64,000 bases of DNA from Tetramitus jugosus (taxonomy: Eukaryota > Protista > Heterolobosea): the NCBI GenBank assembly GCA_937625935.1, contig OW569367.1:372001-436000 (forward strand), written 5' to 3'. A model generated the notes under the pieces. The model saw only the letters and a program-made list of their open reading frames with translations, had not been told where the DNA came from and ran no database searches. Positions 34,493 to 45,871 of this stretch are shown here, one piece after another. The translations under genes and the position numbers were made by a program. Positions within the stretch are counted from its first letter, which is position 1. Each line of letters starts with the position of its first letter.

Positions 34493-35440
34493 ATGGCTCA
34501 GAACCCACAGTCTCCAGCACTACTTGTACAACACTCACAAGAATACAACACTTGTGAGTTACACAAAGGAAAGTGTTCAACAGGAGTATCATCCATGACG
34601 ATCTTAAGTGATAATGATAGTATGATCAACATATTCTCTTTCCTTGAGTGTTTTGACTTGTTTCGGTGCTTCCAGGTTAACAAGGAGTGGTATTCTGTGA
34701 CAATGATGCACGACCAGCTTGTTTGGAAGACATCATATCATTACATGCTCAAGAACACACGCACTGTTGATAACAAGGAAGTAAAGAATGATGACAGAGA
34801 TTGTTCCAAGCGGCCAACCGTCTGGTTTGATCTTTGCAAGTTCAAGCTGTTACTTCAACAGCCATCAAAGCATCGTCCTCCAATTCAATGGAATTGTGAT
34901 ACCACAGTGTATCCCATGAATTCATTGTGGTCCAAAGTGCAATGGGAACTAATTGAGAGCCTTGTTTTCTACATGAGTATCATGGACAACGGAGGTGTTT
35001 TCTGGAAGAGACATTGGACTCGTTTTACAGATGGAAACCTCTTTGTCACGAGTTGCACGGTGAATGCCTTCTCAAGCACTTTCTATGAGTTTGTGATCTT
35101 TACAAATGATCGATTGGTCCGATTGTGGGTCACTATAGAAGATGAGCAGAACTGGTTCGATGATGAATGGCCCACCTACTCCATTTCATTTTCAGAGAAC
35201 GACTTTGACAATTTATTGACGCCGTCTCAGAGAAGAATGGTGTGGAAGAAGGATGCATCTATCGATTTTGACAATGCACAACACCTGGCCACAGTTTTCC
35301 AATTTTCAGACAGTCAACCAGTGAGATCCCTGTTGATCTGTCTCTTTGAGATGCTGGGTTTTGAAAAGAGTTATGCAAAGGAAGTCCTATCGGACAACCT
35401 CATCATTCAGAAGCAACGAATCAAAAACCGTAGCTCATAA
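34493..35440 (+). CDS. F-box protein (tandem copy 2)
   Basis: Close paralog of 33186-34091 along most of its length; ATG at 34493. Confidence 0.8.
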   Translation: MAQNPQSPALLVQHSQEYNTCELHKGKCSTGVSSMTILSDNDSMINIFSFLECFDLFRCFQVNKEWYSVTMMHDQLVWKTSYHYMLKNTRTVDNKEVKNDDRDCSKRPTVWFDLCKFKLLLQQPSKHRPPIQWNCDTTVYPMNSLWSKVQWELIESLVFYMSIMDNGGVFWKRHWTRFTDGNLFVTSCTVNAFSSTFYEFVIFTNDRLVRLWVTIEDEQNWFDDEWPTYSISFSENDFDNLLTPSQRRMVWKKDASIDFDNAQHLATVFQFSDSQPVRSLLICLFEMLGFEKSYAKEVLSDNLIIQKQRIKNRSS

Positions 35441-35723
35441 ACCGTTCTTGGATATACATGGAAATAAAAAAACACGCGGTATCGGCAAAATCTCGCTACA
35501 CAATTCCGAATGTGTCAAGTGTCTTGCGAAGGAAATTACAAGGGCAACCCAGAAGAACTTGTCACGAAAAAAGGTGCCAACAGACACCTTGACCAACTAA
35601 CAACCATCACAAACGTTCTTTTCCCACTTTCCAACAACTACCAAACCGAAAGCTCTCCATTTTACACTCTGAGCTCTCAAAACACACTCTCTTCTTGCAG
35701 AAAAAAAACACAAGTCAACAACA

Positions 35724-38255
35724 ATGACGATGCAACAAGAGACTAGTATCAACTCTACTAGCAAAGGAGCAGAACCACACCCTCCAACAACCACAACCAC
35801 AACCACAACCACAACAATACCCACACAAGAAATCAACAATGACAATGATAGTCCGAACAAGAAAAAAAAATCATCAAAAAAAAATAATTGTTGTTCCTGT
35901 TTGTGCAAATTCATAATCATTTTCGTGATTATCCTAGTCAATGTCATTACGTTGGCAATCGTCGTAGTCAATGTAGTTTTACCATATTGGCATCAAATTG
36001 TTCGTTTCATTCGTGAACAAAAAACCAATAAGCAATATGCGACGTCAGACACGTATTGCACCTATTTTCAAGAATATCCGTTCCCTACTTCACTCAAATG
36101 GTATTTTGACAAGTGGGATAGAAATGATCCAGAAGAGCTAAAATGGATTACGTTTAGTTCCGTTTTTTGGTATGACCCGTGGGAGTATATTGATGAACCA
36201 CCATTGATGAGCAAGTATGTGTTTGGTGTGTTTCCAAAGGAGCCTATAAATGCTGCCAATGTGGATAATATTGATAGCTATGATGAAAATGGAAATTATA
36301 TTGGTGGTTGGCCACTGGATCTCAATGCGACTGACTCTGGTTTCGAATTTGTCGGTCAAATGATTTCTTCGCTGGATAATTCAACGTTGGTCAATGTGGT
36401 TTATCCTACGATGCAACATTTTTTCGCCTATGATTCGAGTCAGCAGACTGTGGACCAGATTTGCATGTATTTGAACGCGGAGAACGGTTCGCCATTTTAT
36501 TTTGAGTATGCTGTGCCGGAGAATGAAACTACGGCGAGCACTCGGTGCATTATTGGAACGGAGGACTATCAGTACTTGTATCAGAATTGGGGTTATGACA
36601 GAGAGACGCAATTGTTGTTTGAGGAGGTGTCTATTGCTCGATACATGCTCATGGAAGAGTTTAATATTATTGATTTTAAGGCGGGTCAAATGGTCAATGT
36701 CATGGCTGGAGAGTACTATGCAGATGAACCAGTCAATGATGCCAATCTGGTGTGGTCCAAGACACAAAAAGTTAACTTTTTTGATAAAAAGTCCAACTTG
36801 TGTCTCGGTGCTTCCAAAAAGATGAAGAGAGCCAACCTAGTGTCCGAGTTGTTGGCATCCACTGGTTACAATATCAATGTGATTCTGACATTGAACTATT
36901 TTATTGCATTGTTGCTGTTTAGAAAGAAGCAACCTGTGAAATCGAGATTGCCTCTGTTGACACTGAATGCAATGGCCATGTTTGTTGCTTCGTTCTTTGT
37001 TGTGCTCGTACAAATCACAATCAATGGATTGGCCGTTTCTGGTTTTTCAGAGCTGAACAAGGGAGGAAAGAAGCAAAAGAAGGTGCTAGGCCCTCTGAAC
37101 AAGCTCTATCTGATTACCATGTCAGTGCAGGAGATTTTGGCCGCATTTTGCATGTTGATTTATAGTTTGCACATTGCAAGATACTACTATTTGAAATATC
37201 TGTACAGTATCATGTCAAAGAGAGAAACAGTAGGACCAAAGGATTTTGTCATCCACAGAAGATTGACATCCAATATTGCATTTGCCATCTATTCGACCAT
37301 TATATTTCTGGTCATTCTAATTGTGTTTGTGCCCTTGATTGCAACCAATTACACAATTAGTTATGATTCCACACAGGTCATGGTCGTCAGTATCCTCGTG
37401 TATTGTATTCGAACATTTGTTATGATATTGGTCGCGACTTGTTTTACGATCGATTTGGTTGTGAATTTCAAGAATATTGTGTCGAGAGGATTGGGTGGTC
37501 TGTCTTGGTTCTTTGGACACAGTGATCCATTGTACTTTAGAGTTGAAATGCTGTTGTTTGCAGTGATATGGTTCCTCATTCATCCTTCATTTGGATTGAC
37601 CATGAGATCATACTATTTGCAAAATAATGCATTCGTTGTCGATCCGTATTCTCCATTCTTTTCAAGAGCAAAGATTGCCTCTGAGATTCTCTATCAGATC
37701 TATTCCAATTTCTACCTCACCTTCCTCATTTGCGGAGGAGCCATTTGTCTAATTCAGCTGTTTGTCATGTGGAAGACCAGGTCATCCACCTACAAGCCAC
37801 TCGACTCTGAGAGTGGTCCAGCAATTGATAATGATGATGAATCGGATCTGGACATGCTGCTCCAGAGTAAGGATGGATTCAAGGTTATGAAGGACTTTTG
37901 TGCGTTGGAATGGTCAACGGAGAACATTTTGTGTTGGCAAGCATTGTACGATTACAAGACAACTCTGCCTCAAACAGCTGAAAAGATTAAGGCCATTATG
38001 AACATGTACATCCGAAAGGGTAGCAACATGGAAGTCAACATTCCTGGAAAAACTAGAGCTGCTCTGACAGCATCTGTAGGTATTGATGGAGAAAAAGCAA
38101 CTGATAACATGGGCTTCGAAATGTTTCACGACCTTCTTCGACAAATTGAAACCAATCTATGTGACACATTGTCTCGCTTGGTTCACACGGACGAGTATGC
38201 AAAGTTTTTGAAAAAGAAGGACGTCATGAAGGGTGCACTAGATCTTTACCTCTAA
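35724..38255 (+). CDS. Multi-TM (7TM-like) protein with C-terminal RGS domain
   Basis: N-terminal TM, extracellular region, about 7 hydrophobic helices with QPVKSR, then RGS GFKVMKDFCALEWSTENILCW..YIRKGSNMEVNI..NLCDTLSRL. Confidence 0.85.
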   Translation: MTMQQETSINSTSKGAEPHPPTTTTTTTTTTIPTQEINNDNDSPNKKKKSSKKNNCCSCLCKFIIIFVIILVNVITLAIVVVNVVLPYWHQIVRFIREQKTNKQYATSDTYCTYFQEYPFPTSLKWYFDKWDRNDPEELKWITFSSVFWYDPWEYIDEPPLMSKYVFGVFPKEPINAANVDNIDSYDENGNYIGGWPLDLNATDSGFEFVGQMISSLDNSTLVNVVYPTMQHFFAYDSSQQTVDQICMYLNAENGSPFYFEYAVPENETTASTRCIIGTEDYQYLYQNWGYDRETQLLFEEVSIARYMLMEEFNIIDFKAGQMVNVMAGEYYADEPVNDANLVWSKTQKVNFFDKKSNLCLGASKKMKRANLVSELLASTGYNINVILTLNYFIALLLFRKKQPVKSRLPLLTLNAMAMFVASFFVVLVQITINGLAVSGFSELNKGGKKQKKVLGPLNKLYLITMSVQEILAAFCMLIYSLHIARYYYLKYLYSIMSKRETVGPKDFVIHRRLTSNIAFAIYSTIIFLVILIVFVPLIATNYTISYDSTQVMVVSILVYCIRTFVMILVATCFTIDLVVNFKNIVSRGLGGLSWFFGHSDPLYFRVEMLLFAVIWFLIHPSFGLTMRSYYLQNNAFVVDPYSPFFSRAKIASEILYQIYSNFYLTFLICGGAICLIQLFVMWKTRSSTYKPLDSESGPAIDNDDESDLDMLLQSKDGFKVMKDFCALEWSTENILCWQALYDYKTTLPQTAEKIKAIMNMYIRKGSNMEVNIPGKTRAALTASVGIDGEKATDNMGFEMFHDLLRQIETNLCDTLSRLVHTDEYAKFLKKKDVMKGALDLYL

Positions 38256-39686
38256 TAAAGAGTGATTTTTCGCTTCTTGCAACCTCCGCAAAAAGGACTC
38301 CTTGTTCTTCTCAGATGACTTTAATTGACCGCACGCAGCATCAATATCATTGCCCTTACTGAACCGGATGGGAGCTGAAACACCGTGTCGATAGAGGTAC
38401 TCTGAGAATTGATTGATGCGATCTTGGGATGATCGAGTAAATCCACTGCCTTCCCATTCATTGAATGCAATCAAATTCACGGAACATGGCAACCCCTTGA
38501 GCAAGTGAACCAATCTCCTTGCGTCATCCAAAAAGTCATTCACATGATCCAGCATCACATACTCAAACGTAATCTCTCTCTTGAGATTCAACGAGTGCAA
38601 CTTGTCAAACAGTACTTCAATTGGGAACGTCTTGTTCAACGGAACCAAATGATCTCTCATTTCATTTGTCGTTGCGTGCAAACTAATGGCCAACTCTACA
38701 CCGAGATCATTCACGACACGCGGTATCAAATTCACAACACCACTCGTGCTCACTGTGACCTTTCTCTTACTGAATCCACATGCATTAGGATCAGTCAACA
38801 CTTGAATCGCTCGACTCACATTCTTAAAATTAAACAGAGGTTCACCTTCACCCATGAAAACCAAGTGACTCAATCTCATTACACTACTACTACCATTACT
38901 ACTCAGATTACCTTGATTATTATCCTTGTTATTCTTGTCCTTGTTCTTGGTTGAAGTATGAGTGAATTGATTGAGAGGAAAATTGTTCAAATCATGTCGA
39001 GCACGCATCACTTGACCCACAATCTCTGCACTTGTCATGTTTCGTTCAATTGGTTGTGTTCCAGTCTTACAGAATCGACAATTGAGACTACAACCAATTT
39101 GTGAGCTGAGACACATGGTTACTCTCTTATTAGAATGATGATGGTCATCACCTTCACTTGAAAGTTCATTGGCACCAAATTGCATCAACACAGATTCAAC
39201 CATTTTCTGATCACTTGTTAGCTCTAGTAGGTATTTGGAGGTTTGATCAACTGAACTTGTTTGAACACGTTTGACCAAGTGTTCATAATCGATTCTATAG
39301 TGATCCATCAGTTCTATTCTCTCCTTTTTGGACAGTGTAGTAATGTGAGTGAGATCATGAGTACCAAATTGATACATTTGATGATAGAGTTGCTTTAGCT
39401 TATAGGATTGAATGTTGGGATGAGTTGTTTTGATGAGAGCTTCGAGTTCATTGTATGGTAGACCAATCAAATTTTTTGTTGTTGTAGTCGTTGTTGTTGC
39501 TGTTGTTGGTATCGATTTTGTTGTTGATGTTTCATTTTGATTTACGGTAGTGTGAATTTTGGAGGGACAGTCGGAGTAATTGCGGAGAGGTGAGAAAACT
39601 GGGGGTGTACGGAATGATTTTGTCAAGTGAGAGAGTGGGTAGTGAACTCTTGTTGCTCTTGAACACACGTTGAGAGATGATTGCAT
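38238..39686 (-). CDS. rlmN: RlmN/Cfr-family radical SAM RNA methyltransferase, probably mitochondrial
   Basis: CLSSQIGCSLNCRFCKTG, VFMGEGEP, STSG, AISLHA, FEYVML, DIDAACGQL; Arg/Ser-rich presequence. Confidence 0.92.
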   Translation of the reverse strand: MQSSLNVCSRATRVHYPLSHLTKSFRTPPVFSPLRNYSDCPSKIHTTVNQNETSTTKSIPTTATTTTTTTKNLIGLPYNELEALIKTTHPNIQSYKLKQLYHQMYQFGTHDLTHITTLSKKERIELMDHYRIDYEHLVKRVQTSSVDQTSKYLLELTSDQKMVESVLMQFGANELSSEGDDHHHSNKRVTMCLSSQIGCSLNCRFCKTGTQPIERNMTSAEIVGQVMRARHDLNNFPLNQFTHTSTKNKDKNNKDNNQGNLSSNGSSSVMRLSHLVFMGEGEPLFNFKNVSRAIQVLTDPNACGFSKRKVTVSTSGVVNLIPRVVNDLGVELAISLHATTNEMRDHLVPLNKTFPIEVLFDKLHSLNLKREITFEYVMLDHVNDFLDDARRLVHLLKGLPCSVNLIAFNEWEGSGFTRSSQDRINQFSEYLYRHGVSAPIRFSKGNDIDAACGQLKSSEKNKESFLRRLQEAKNHSLLEVKI

Positions 39687-39840
39687 TTTTTGTTTCTTTT
39701 TCTTGTATTGGGCAAAAATCCCGAATTCTTTCTCCGATTGGACCTCCGATTCTTGTACGGTATCGCTCCAATATCTCAGTCGAACCTGAAAGAACACACC
39801 GAACAATCACAAAAACAATAAAAAGCTCCTCCACGAATTC

Positions 39841-41691
39841 ATGTATTCACAACAACAACAACATCAACCGCAACAACAGTCGTTCAATAACATGAGCAAT
39901 CCCAACGATCTCATCCAAAAGGTTGAGCTTCACTTATCGTGCAAAGGCCTCAAAAACATGGATTTGCTAAGCTTATCTGATCCATGTTGTGTTGTCTATG
40001 CAGGAAACAATAATGCACAGAGCAATGCACTGACATGGACTGAAATTGGTCGAACAGAAGTCATCAAGGACAATTTGAATCCACAGGTATGTCACTCCTA
40101 TGCTCTTTTTTCAATTATTCAATTATTCAATTGACACCTGACAACATGTATCTAGTGGATAAAAACGTTTGTCATGGAGTATTACTTTGAAAGTGTTCAG
40201 AATTTAAAGTTCAAGGTGTTTGATATCGATTCTAATTCGTCTGTGCTGTCGGATCACGATTTCATTGGTGAGATTGTCACGTCGTTGGCAGAGATTTGTG
40301 GCTCTCGTGGACAAAAATTAGCAAAGCCACTTGTTCATCCCAATATGAGTGGTGGCAGTAGTGCACACAAGAGAGGAATAATGATTGTTTCGGCAGAGGA
40401 AGTGTGCTCGGCCAATAATGATGATTTGTGTTTTCAGGTCAAGGCGAATCGATTGGCCAAAATGGACTGGTTCGGTGCAACAGACGGCTATTATACCATT
40501 TCGAAAACAACAGAGAATGGTGATTATATACCAGTGTACAAGAGCGAGGTCATTCATTCAAATTTGCACCCGGCTTGGGCACCGGTTACCATTTCGATGA
40601 ACAAGTTGTGCAATGGAGATTTGGATCGAGTATTGCAGTTTGATTGCTATGATTGGAATAAGATTACCGCTCATACACATATAGGATCCTTTCAATTCAC
40701 AGTCAATGAACTGTTGAGTCAGAAACTATCAGCACAGAACACGCGATCCTTGCACTGTGCAAAGAAGAAGAAGAATATGGGCGAGATTGGATTCCATAAT
40801 GCGCGCATCGTTAAAAAGTACAGCTTCTTGGAGTATTTGGGTGGTGGAATGCAAATGAATCTTGTCGTTGCTGTGGATTGGACTCAATCAAATGGAGATC
40901 CCAACCTTCCTGCATCTTTGCACTTTAATCGTCCGAATCAAATGAATCAATATGAGGCTGCAATTCGATCCATTGGAGATATTCTGTCCTTTTATGATCA
41001 TGACCAACAATTTCCTTCGTTTGGATTCGGAGGTAAACTTCCAAATGGTCAAGTCTCTCATTGCTTCTCACTCAATGGTAATCCACATCAGCCTAATTGC
41101 TATCGCATCGATGGTGTGCTAGGTGCGTATAGAGAGGCCTTGCGAAATGTAGCACTCTACGGACCAACTTATTTTGCTCCCGTGTTGTCCGCATTGCGTG
41201 ATATGGCCCACCAGTCTCAGAACAGCGGCACACAACAGTACTATATTCTGCTATTGATTACAGATGGTGTGATCAATGATATTGATCAAACACTGAGAAC
41301 ATTGGTAGATCTTGCATCTATGCCCGTCTCTATAGTGATTGTTGGTGTAGGAAATGCTGATTTCTCTACTATGAACGTACTGGACGGTGATGAGCAGCGG
41401 ATAAGTGATGGTGTTCGGTATGCCGAGAGAGATTGTGTACAATTTGTGCCATTCAACAAGTTCAAAAATTTACCGTACTCCATGTTAGCGAATGAGACGT
41501 TGGCCGAGTTGCCACAACAAGTCATCGAGTTTTATAGCAAGAGAAATATTGCTCCACATCCAAAGATTGTTTTGCCTGATTCACACTTTGAGCCATTGTT
41601 GGATATGTCGTCAAGCAACACAAGCAGTGCTCCTCCACAAACAATGGAGCAATATCCAATCTCATTGAATAATGTAAATTTCACTGTATAA
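39841..41691 (+). CDS. Copine (C2-C2-vWA); intron 40087-40155
   Basis: SDPCCVV..GRTEVIKDNLNPQ|WIKTF; VAVDWTQSNG, YGPTYFAPV, LLITDG, SIVIVGVG, RDCVQFVPF. Intron GTATGT..TAG restores the frame. Confidence 0.93.
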
Positions 41692-41707
41692 ACTAACTTT
41701 CATTCCT

Positions 41708-42739
41708 TCACAACGTGCGAATAATGTCATCTGATTTGATACGCAGTGATACCATCCAATCGTGAATGAACTGTTTTGTTTCATCAGTAACTACACTTGG
41801 CAGCGTGTGATAAACGTTCGAGCTGTCCTTCTTCTTCATCTGTGCCTGCTTCTCCAAACTCAAATAACACTCTTCGGCTTCACTCTGATCCGCTACTTCG
41901 TCCTTGATGTTCTTCATAATCTGGAGGTACTGTGACGAATGAACCAACTTTGGCAATTGTTGTCCATTCAACAGTTCAATCGCTTCCAACATGACTCGCA
42001 CACCATGATACATTGACTTTGCGCAACGCTCGCCATAGAAACCACTCGATTCCTCCAATCTCTTTGCTTGATTGAATTGAGACTTTGCATAGTTCATGTA
42101 ATTGTCAATCAGTTCTTTCGTTACCAGTACATTTCGATGCTGATCATTGCTCATATCATCTCCCACAAGCAAGTAGTTCAACAAGCGATTCCATTCATCA
42201 TGCATGGACAATTGAACCAAATCACTGTTCATTTTTCTCAAATCCTCTTCTTCATCAAGTTCATTTCTCATAATGGCCAATATCTCAAGTGCAATCGGAT
42301 TACCCGTGATCATCATACTACAAAATCGACTCAACTCATACGACAAATAATCCAACTTAATCTCTTGTTGTGTATCTATGCACTCACCGTCGCTACCGCT
42401 TCTATTATTCACACACTTGATCCTTGACACAGTTTCCTGCTTTGGCGTAGACTTGTTGTTCGTCAACGTAGAAACACAATGATTTCTCTTCACTTCATCC
42501 AGACCAATCAAGTAACGCAATGGACAGACATAGATGGACACAATATCCACATCACTACTCTCCACATCAAACGTACCATACAGTCTTGAACCAGTAATGG
42601 TTGATAATATCAAACGACCATGCTTCTCTTCATTCGTACTATAGTTGTTCAAATTTGAACTAGTCCACTCTTGAGTCATGAAACGATCAATGAACTCTCG
42701 AACGATACTTTGGTTTCTGTTTTTTAGTTGTTCTTCCAT
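41708..42739 (-). CDS. Pol-beta-superfamily nucleotidyltransferase, RlaP/YcgL-like
   Basis: ITGSRLYGT..SSDVDIVSIY, DYLSYELSRFCSMMITGNPIALEIL, YMNYAKSQ, KSMYHGVRVMLEA. Confidence 0.8.
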   Translation of the reverse strand: MEEQLKNRNQSIVREFIDRFMTQEWTSSNLNNYSTNEEKHGRLILSTITGSRLYGTFDVESSDVDIVSIYVCPLRYLIGLDEVKRNHCVSTLTNNKSTPKQETVSRIKCVNNRSGSDGECIDTQQEIKLDYLSYELSRFCSMMITGNPIALEILAIMRNELDEEEDLRKMNSDLVQLSMHDEWNRLLNYLLVGDDMSNDQHRNVLVTKELIDNYMNYAKSQFNQAKRLEESSGFYGERCAKSMYHGVRVMLEAIELLNGQQLPKLVHSSQYLQIMKNIKDEVADQSEAEECYLSLEKQAQMKKKDSSNVYHTLPSVVTDETKQFIHDWMVSLRIKSDDIIRTL

Positions 42740-42900
42740 GTGGGCTTCTTCTTTGTCCTTGTTGTGTTTTTTCGTTTTTCTGTTGCTTTTCAATCTGTTG
42801 TTCCAGTAGAAAAAAGTTCCTTGTCGACGCGTTACAATGTTCAATAACCAATTTGCACACATTGATGCGACGTCGAAGGAGAAGAATTTTATTGGGGCAT

Positions 42901-43263
42901 CTATGGTTTTGAGCTCGAGTGAGATCTCTTTCTCTGACCTACTTTTCCCTTGGCTTGCATCTCTGCAAACCTCGTTTCGTACAGTTCCTTGTTTTCACCT
43001 TGTTTCATGCAATCGAGCAATCGTGCCCAAACCTTTTTCTCTTCTCTCTCAAGTTTCTTGTACTCTCTTGACTTCTCATCTTCGACATTCATCTGCTTAT
43101 CCAGAACATGGAAGAATTCGTTGGCCAGATCGGAACAAGGACCATTCTTGTGCAGAATGCACATTGTACACTCCTTGTTCACGTCCACTGGTTCATCCAA
43201 CCAAGAGTAAGTTTCATACTTTGGTTTCTCTCCACTATCACTCCCGTGCGATTGATCCTTCAT
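42901..43263 (-). CDS. Small Cys-motif protein, GCK/CHCH-like
   Basis: ECTMCILHKNGPCSD..F..LLDCMKQ..LY resembles the GCK domain. Confidence 0.55.
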   Translation of the reverse strand: MKDQSHGSDSGEKPKYETYSWLDEPVDVNKECTMCILHKNGPCSDLANEFFHVLDKQMNVEDEKSREYKKLEREEKKVWARLLDCMKQGENKELYETRFAEMQAKGKVGQRKRSHSSSKP

Positions 43264-43399
43264 CTTGAAATTGAGCACTATTTGAACCTTAAAGATTTTC
43301 CGATGATTTGGTTCAATCGGGAAATCTTGAAATAATCTTTGCTGAAGTGTGGATTAGAATTGAGTTGGAAGTTGTCTGATTAAAATATCTATATATTCA

Positions 43400-43790
43400 T
43401 CTGTTAATTGCAGGTCTGCCAAGAGTTGGTAGAGGAACGTTGTCTCTGTAATGTGTTAATGCTTTTTAACTTTTCTATTGTCTCCTCTATTTCCCTAAAA
43501 TTTCGAAGAAAAAAAATATCACAGAGCGCTAGAAAACGTCGTACAGAGAGGATACAAAAACTGAGGAGCATATGGAGACAAGAGGTTTGGTCATTATATC
43601 CAGAAAATTTATTTATATACATATATGAAGTTCACTTTGACTACCACAATTACAATCAAAATTACGGATACTTCGAAATATAAGAGAGGCTACAGAATAG
43701 GTAACCCAACAAGATCAGTGTGATGGGCTGGTATACAGCTGTAATACTTGCGTTAATGCCAGAGATTGGAAAGATTCTAGATTTGTCATC
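43400..43790 (+). mobile_element. Decayed Tc1/IS630-like transposase fragment
   Basis: RRKKISQSARKRRTERIQKLRSIWRQEVWSLYPENLFIYIYEVHFDYHNYNQNYGY matches the RKK..A.ER..R..W..P..L.F.DE..F..YG pattern (DE to YE), followed by stops. Confidence 0.45.
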
Positions 43791-44944
43791 CAACGAACTT
43801 CTAAGATTTAATTCAATGAGAAAGTTTAATAAGATGATTCGTAAGAGAAACTTGACTGAAAAACATCAACAAAGAGCAAAGGAATTGTACCTCATAACAT
43901 TCAAAGATTACGAATTCATGAAGAAGAAGACTTACCTAATGCCTGGATGGCATTTTGTCCATGACATTGAGGAGAACGAAAAACACCAGTTTTTTTTGCT
44001 TGTGGGATAGTCAGCCTCAAATTCACCAGCTTTAGATTTCTCGAGTGGATCTCTTTTGTACGACTCCTGCTCCATGTGATTTGCGAGAGACCTTGTTCTT
44101 CGCTTCTTCTTTGGCATTTTGAAATGACTGTGGGTGTGTGAGAGGAAATAAAGGAGATGTGATTGGAATAAAAATTTACATTTGACTGGTCGATGATTGG
44201 AGTGCACATGTGTTGTGAAATGGATGTGTTATTTTTTGAATATATGATATTGTGTTGGTTGATGAGATGGTAATCGGTGTTTGATTTTGAAGAACAGAAG
44301 TGGTTGTTGCTTGTTGTTGATGAACTGGTGTTAATAATATATGTGTTGATCAGATGTTGTCATAAAATCATTTTTTAACTAATACCGACACCGAGAACAC
44401 TCTATACTTTCTAGATTGGTATCTGATTAGTTTAGGTAAATATGAGGTGTTAAGGACTTTCTTTAGTTTTAATCATATCCTGAAACGGCGCTTCTCGATA
44501 TTGAGGAAAATGAATTTAGTAATTTGGATCATCTTCAAAATCATTAAAGCAAATGTTGATAGTTCAAAATTTTATTGTGGTGCTCACAATTACTTTGTTC
44601 AATTGTAGGCCGGTGGACCGCGTTATTCAATCAGACTAGCCCCATAATAGAATTTTTTCTGTTTAAAGGGAAAATTGTATTATTTTACAATGGGAGGTCC
44701 ACCCCCCTTCTGCCCGTTATTTAAATGTTGTCTAACCCCAAAAAGTCCGTTATTAGTAATTCCTGACTCTTCCCATGGCATGACTCACAAAAACCATTAG
44801 GAGTGCTCAATACTTGTAGTGAATGATTGGAAAGCCTTTCAGTACTTTACTAATATGTTCGATGAAGGTATGTTCTGTGCACACTGTGACTGTCTACTTA
44901 GAAAAAAATAATTATCAAACTATTCGTATATTTCCTTTTAGTAG

Positions 44945-45700
44945 GGATCCAAATCACTGAAATGATGATGAATATTGAGAATTCTTTTATTCCTTCCTAG
45001 CCTTCTGCATGCCACAGCCTCTGGGACATGACCTCGATCCCATTCATTCTCTGGTTTACATACAGGAGCACAATTTGATGCAAGAATGTAAGTGGTTGGA
45101 GACAGGGAGTCGTCCTGCCTTGTACTCTTCCCAATGTGAAACCTCCATGAAAACGACGAAGTCAAGACGCGTGCGAAACTGTCTCGCACCTACTACTGAC
45201 CGATTCAATTGCGTTGTGTGGACCGAATCAAAGGTTTTAGAAATATCAGTCAACAACAGATAGAGCTGCCGGTCATGACGGTTAGAATGATCTATAATCC
45301 TCTGACCAGAGAGAATTTCTCTCTTATGTCACGCTACCTCCTTCTTCCGTTGCTTTTGCCACTCTCATGTGCAATTTGGAAATCGAGCTGAGCAGGCAGG
45401 GATTATGATTACCAATATCGTTCAGAGTATTGTAATAACTATCAGAGGAGGTGGAACCTGGTGGCAACCAACCAGCCTTGTGACTCACTCCAGCTGCAGC
45501 AGGAAGTTTAGCTGCTAGCCATCCACCAACACCGCTTCTTGGAGCCCATGTCATCCATTGCTTCAGTTGTGCAGAATATGGAATCTGATCCAAGGCCAAC
45601 TTTTCCAAGAAACTAACACAATCATTGGCAGTGACACTCCTTTTACGACTGCGGAAATTTTCCTTTGAAGAAAGTGCATATAATATCCACAAACTCGCCT
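44945..45700 (-). mobile_element. Non-LTR retrotransposon ORF2 relic (RT motifs ~1-5), 3' of tRNA-Leu
   Basis: GNHNPCLLSSISKL; IIDHSNRHDRQLYLLLTDISKTFDSVH (motif 3, ~45220-45300); HIGKSTRQDDSLSPTTYILA (motif 4, ~45075-45140); frameshifted. Confidence 0.85.
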
Positions 45701-45736
45701 AAAATCTCTCTTCAGCAAATGAATTTTTAAAAAGTC

Positions 45737-45818
45737 TGCATGCGGTGAGATTTGAACTCACGCATCCGGAGATATCCGAACTTGAGTCGGACGCCTTAGA
45801 CCACTCGGCCACGCATGC
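45737..45818 (-). tRNA. tRNA-Leu(CAA)
   Basis: Acceptor GCATGCG/CGCATGC+A; anticodon arm TCCGA-CTCAAGT-TCGGA; long variable arm; GTTCAAATC T-loop; T5 terminator at 45729-45733. Confidence 0.97.
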
Positions 45819-45871
45819 TTCTATCTTCAATTCTAAGACTGTAATCCCTGCGAAACAAAAAAAGAAAAAAA

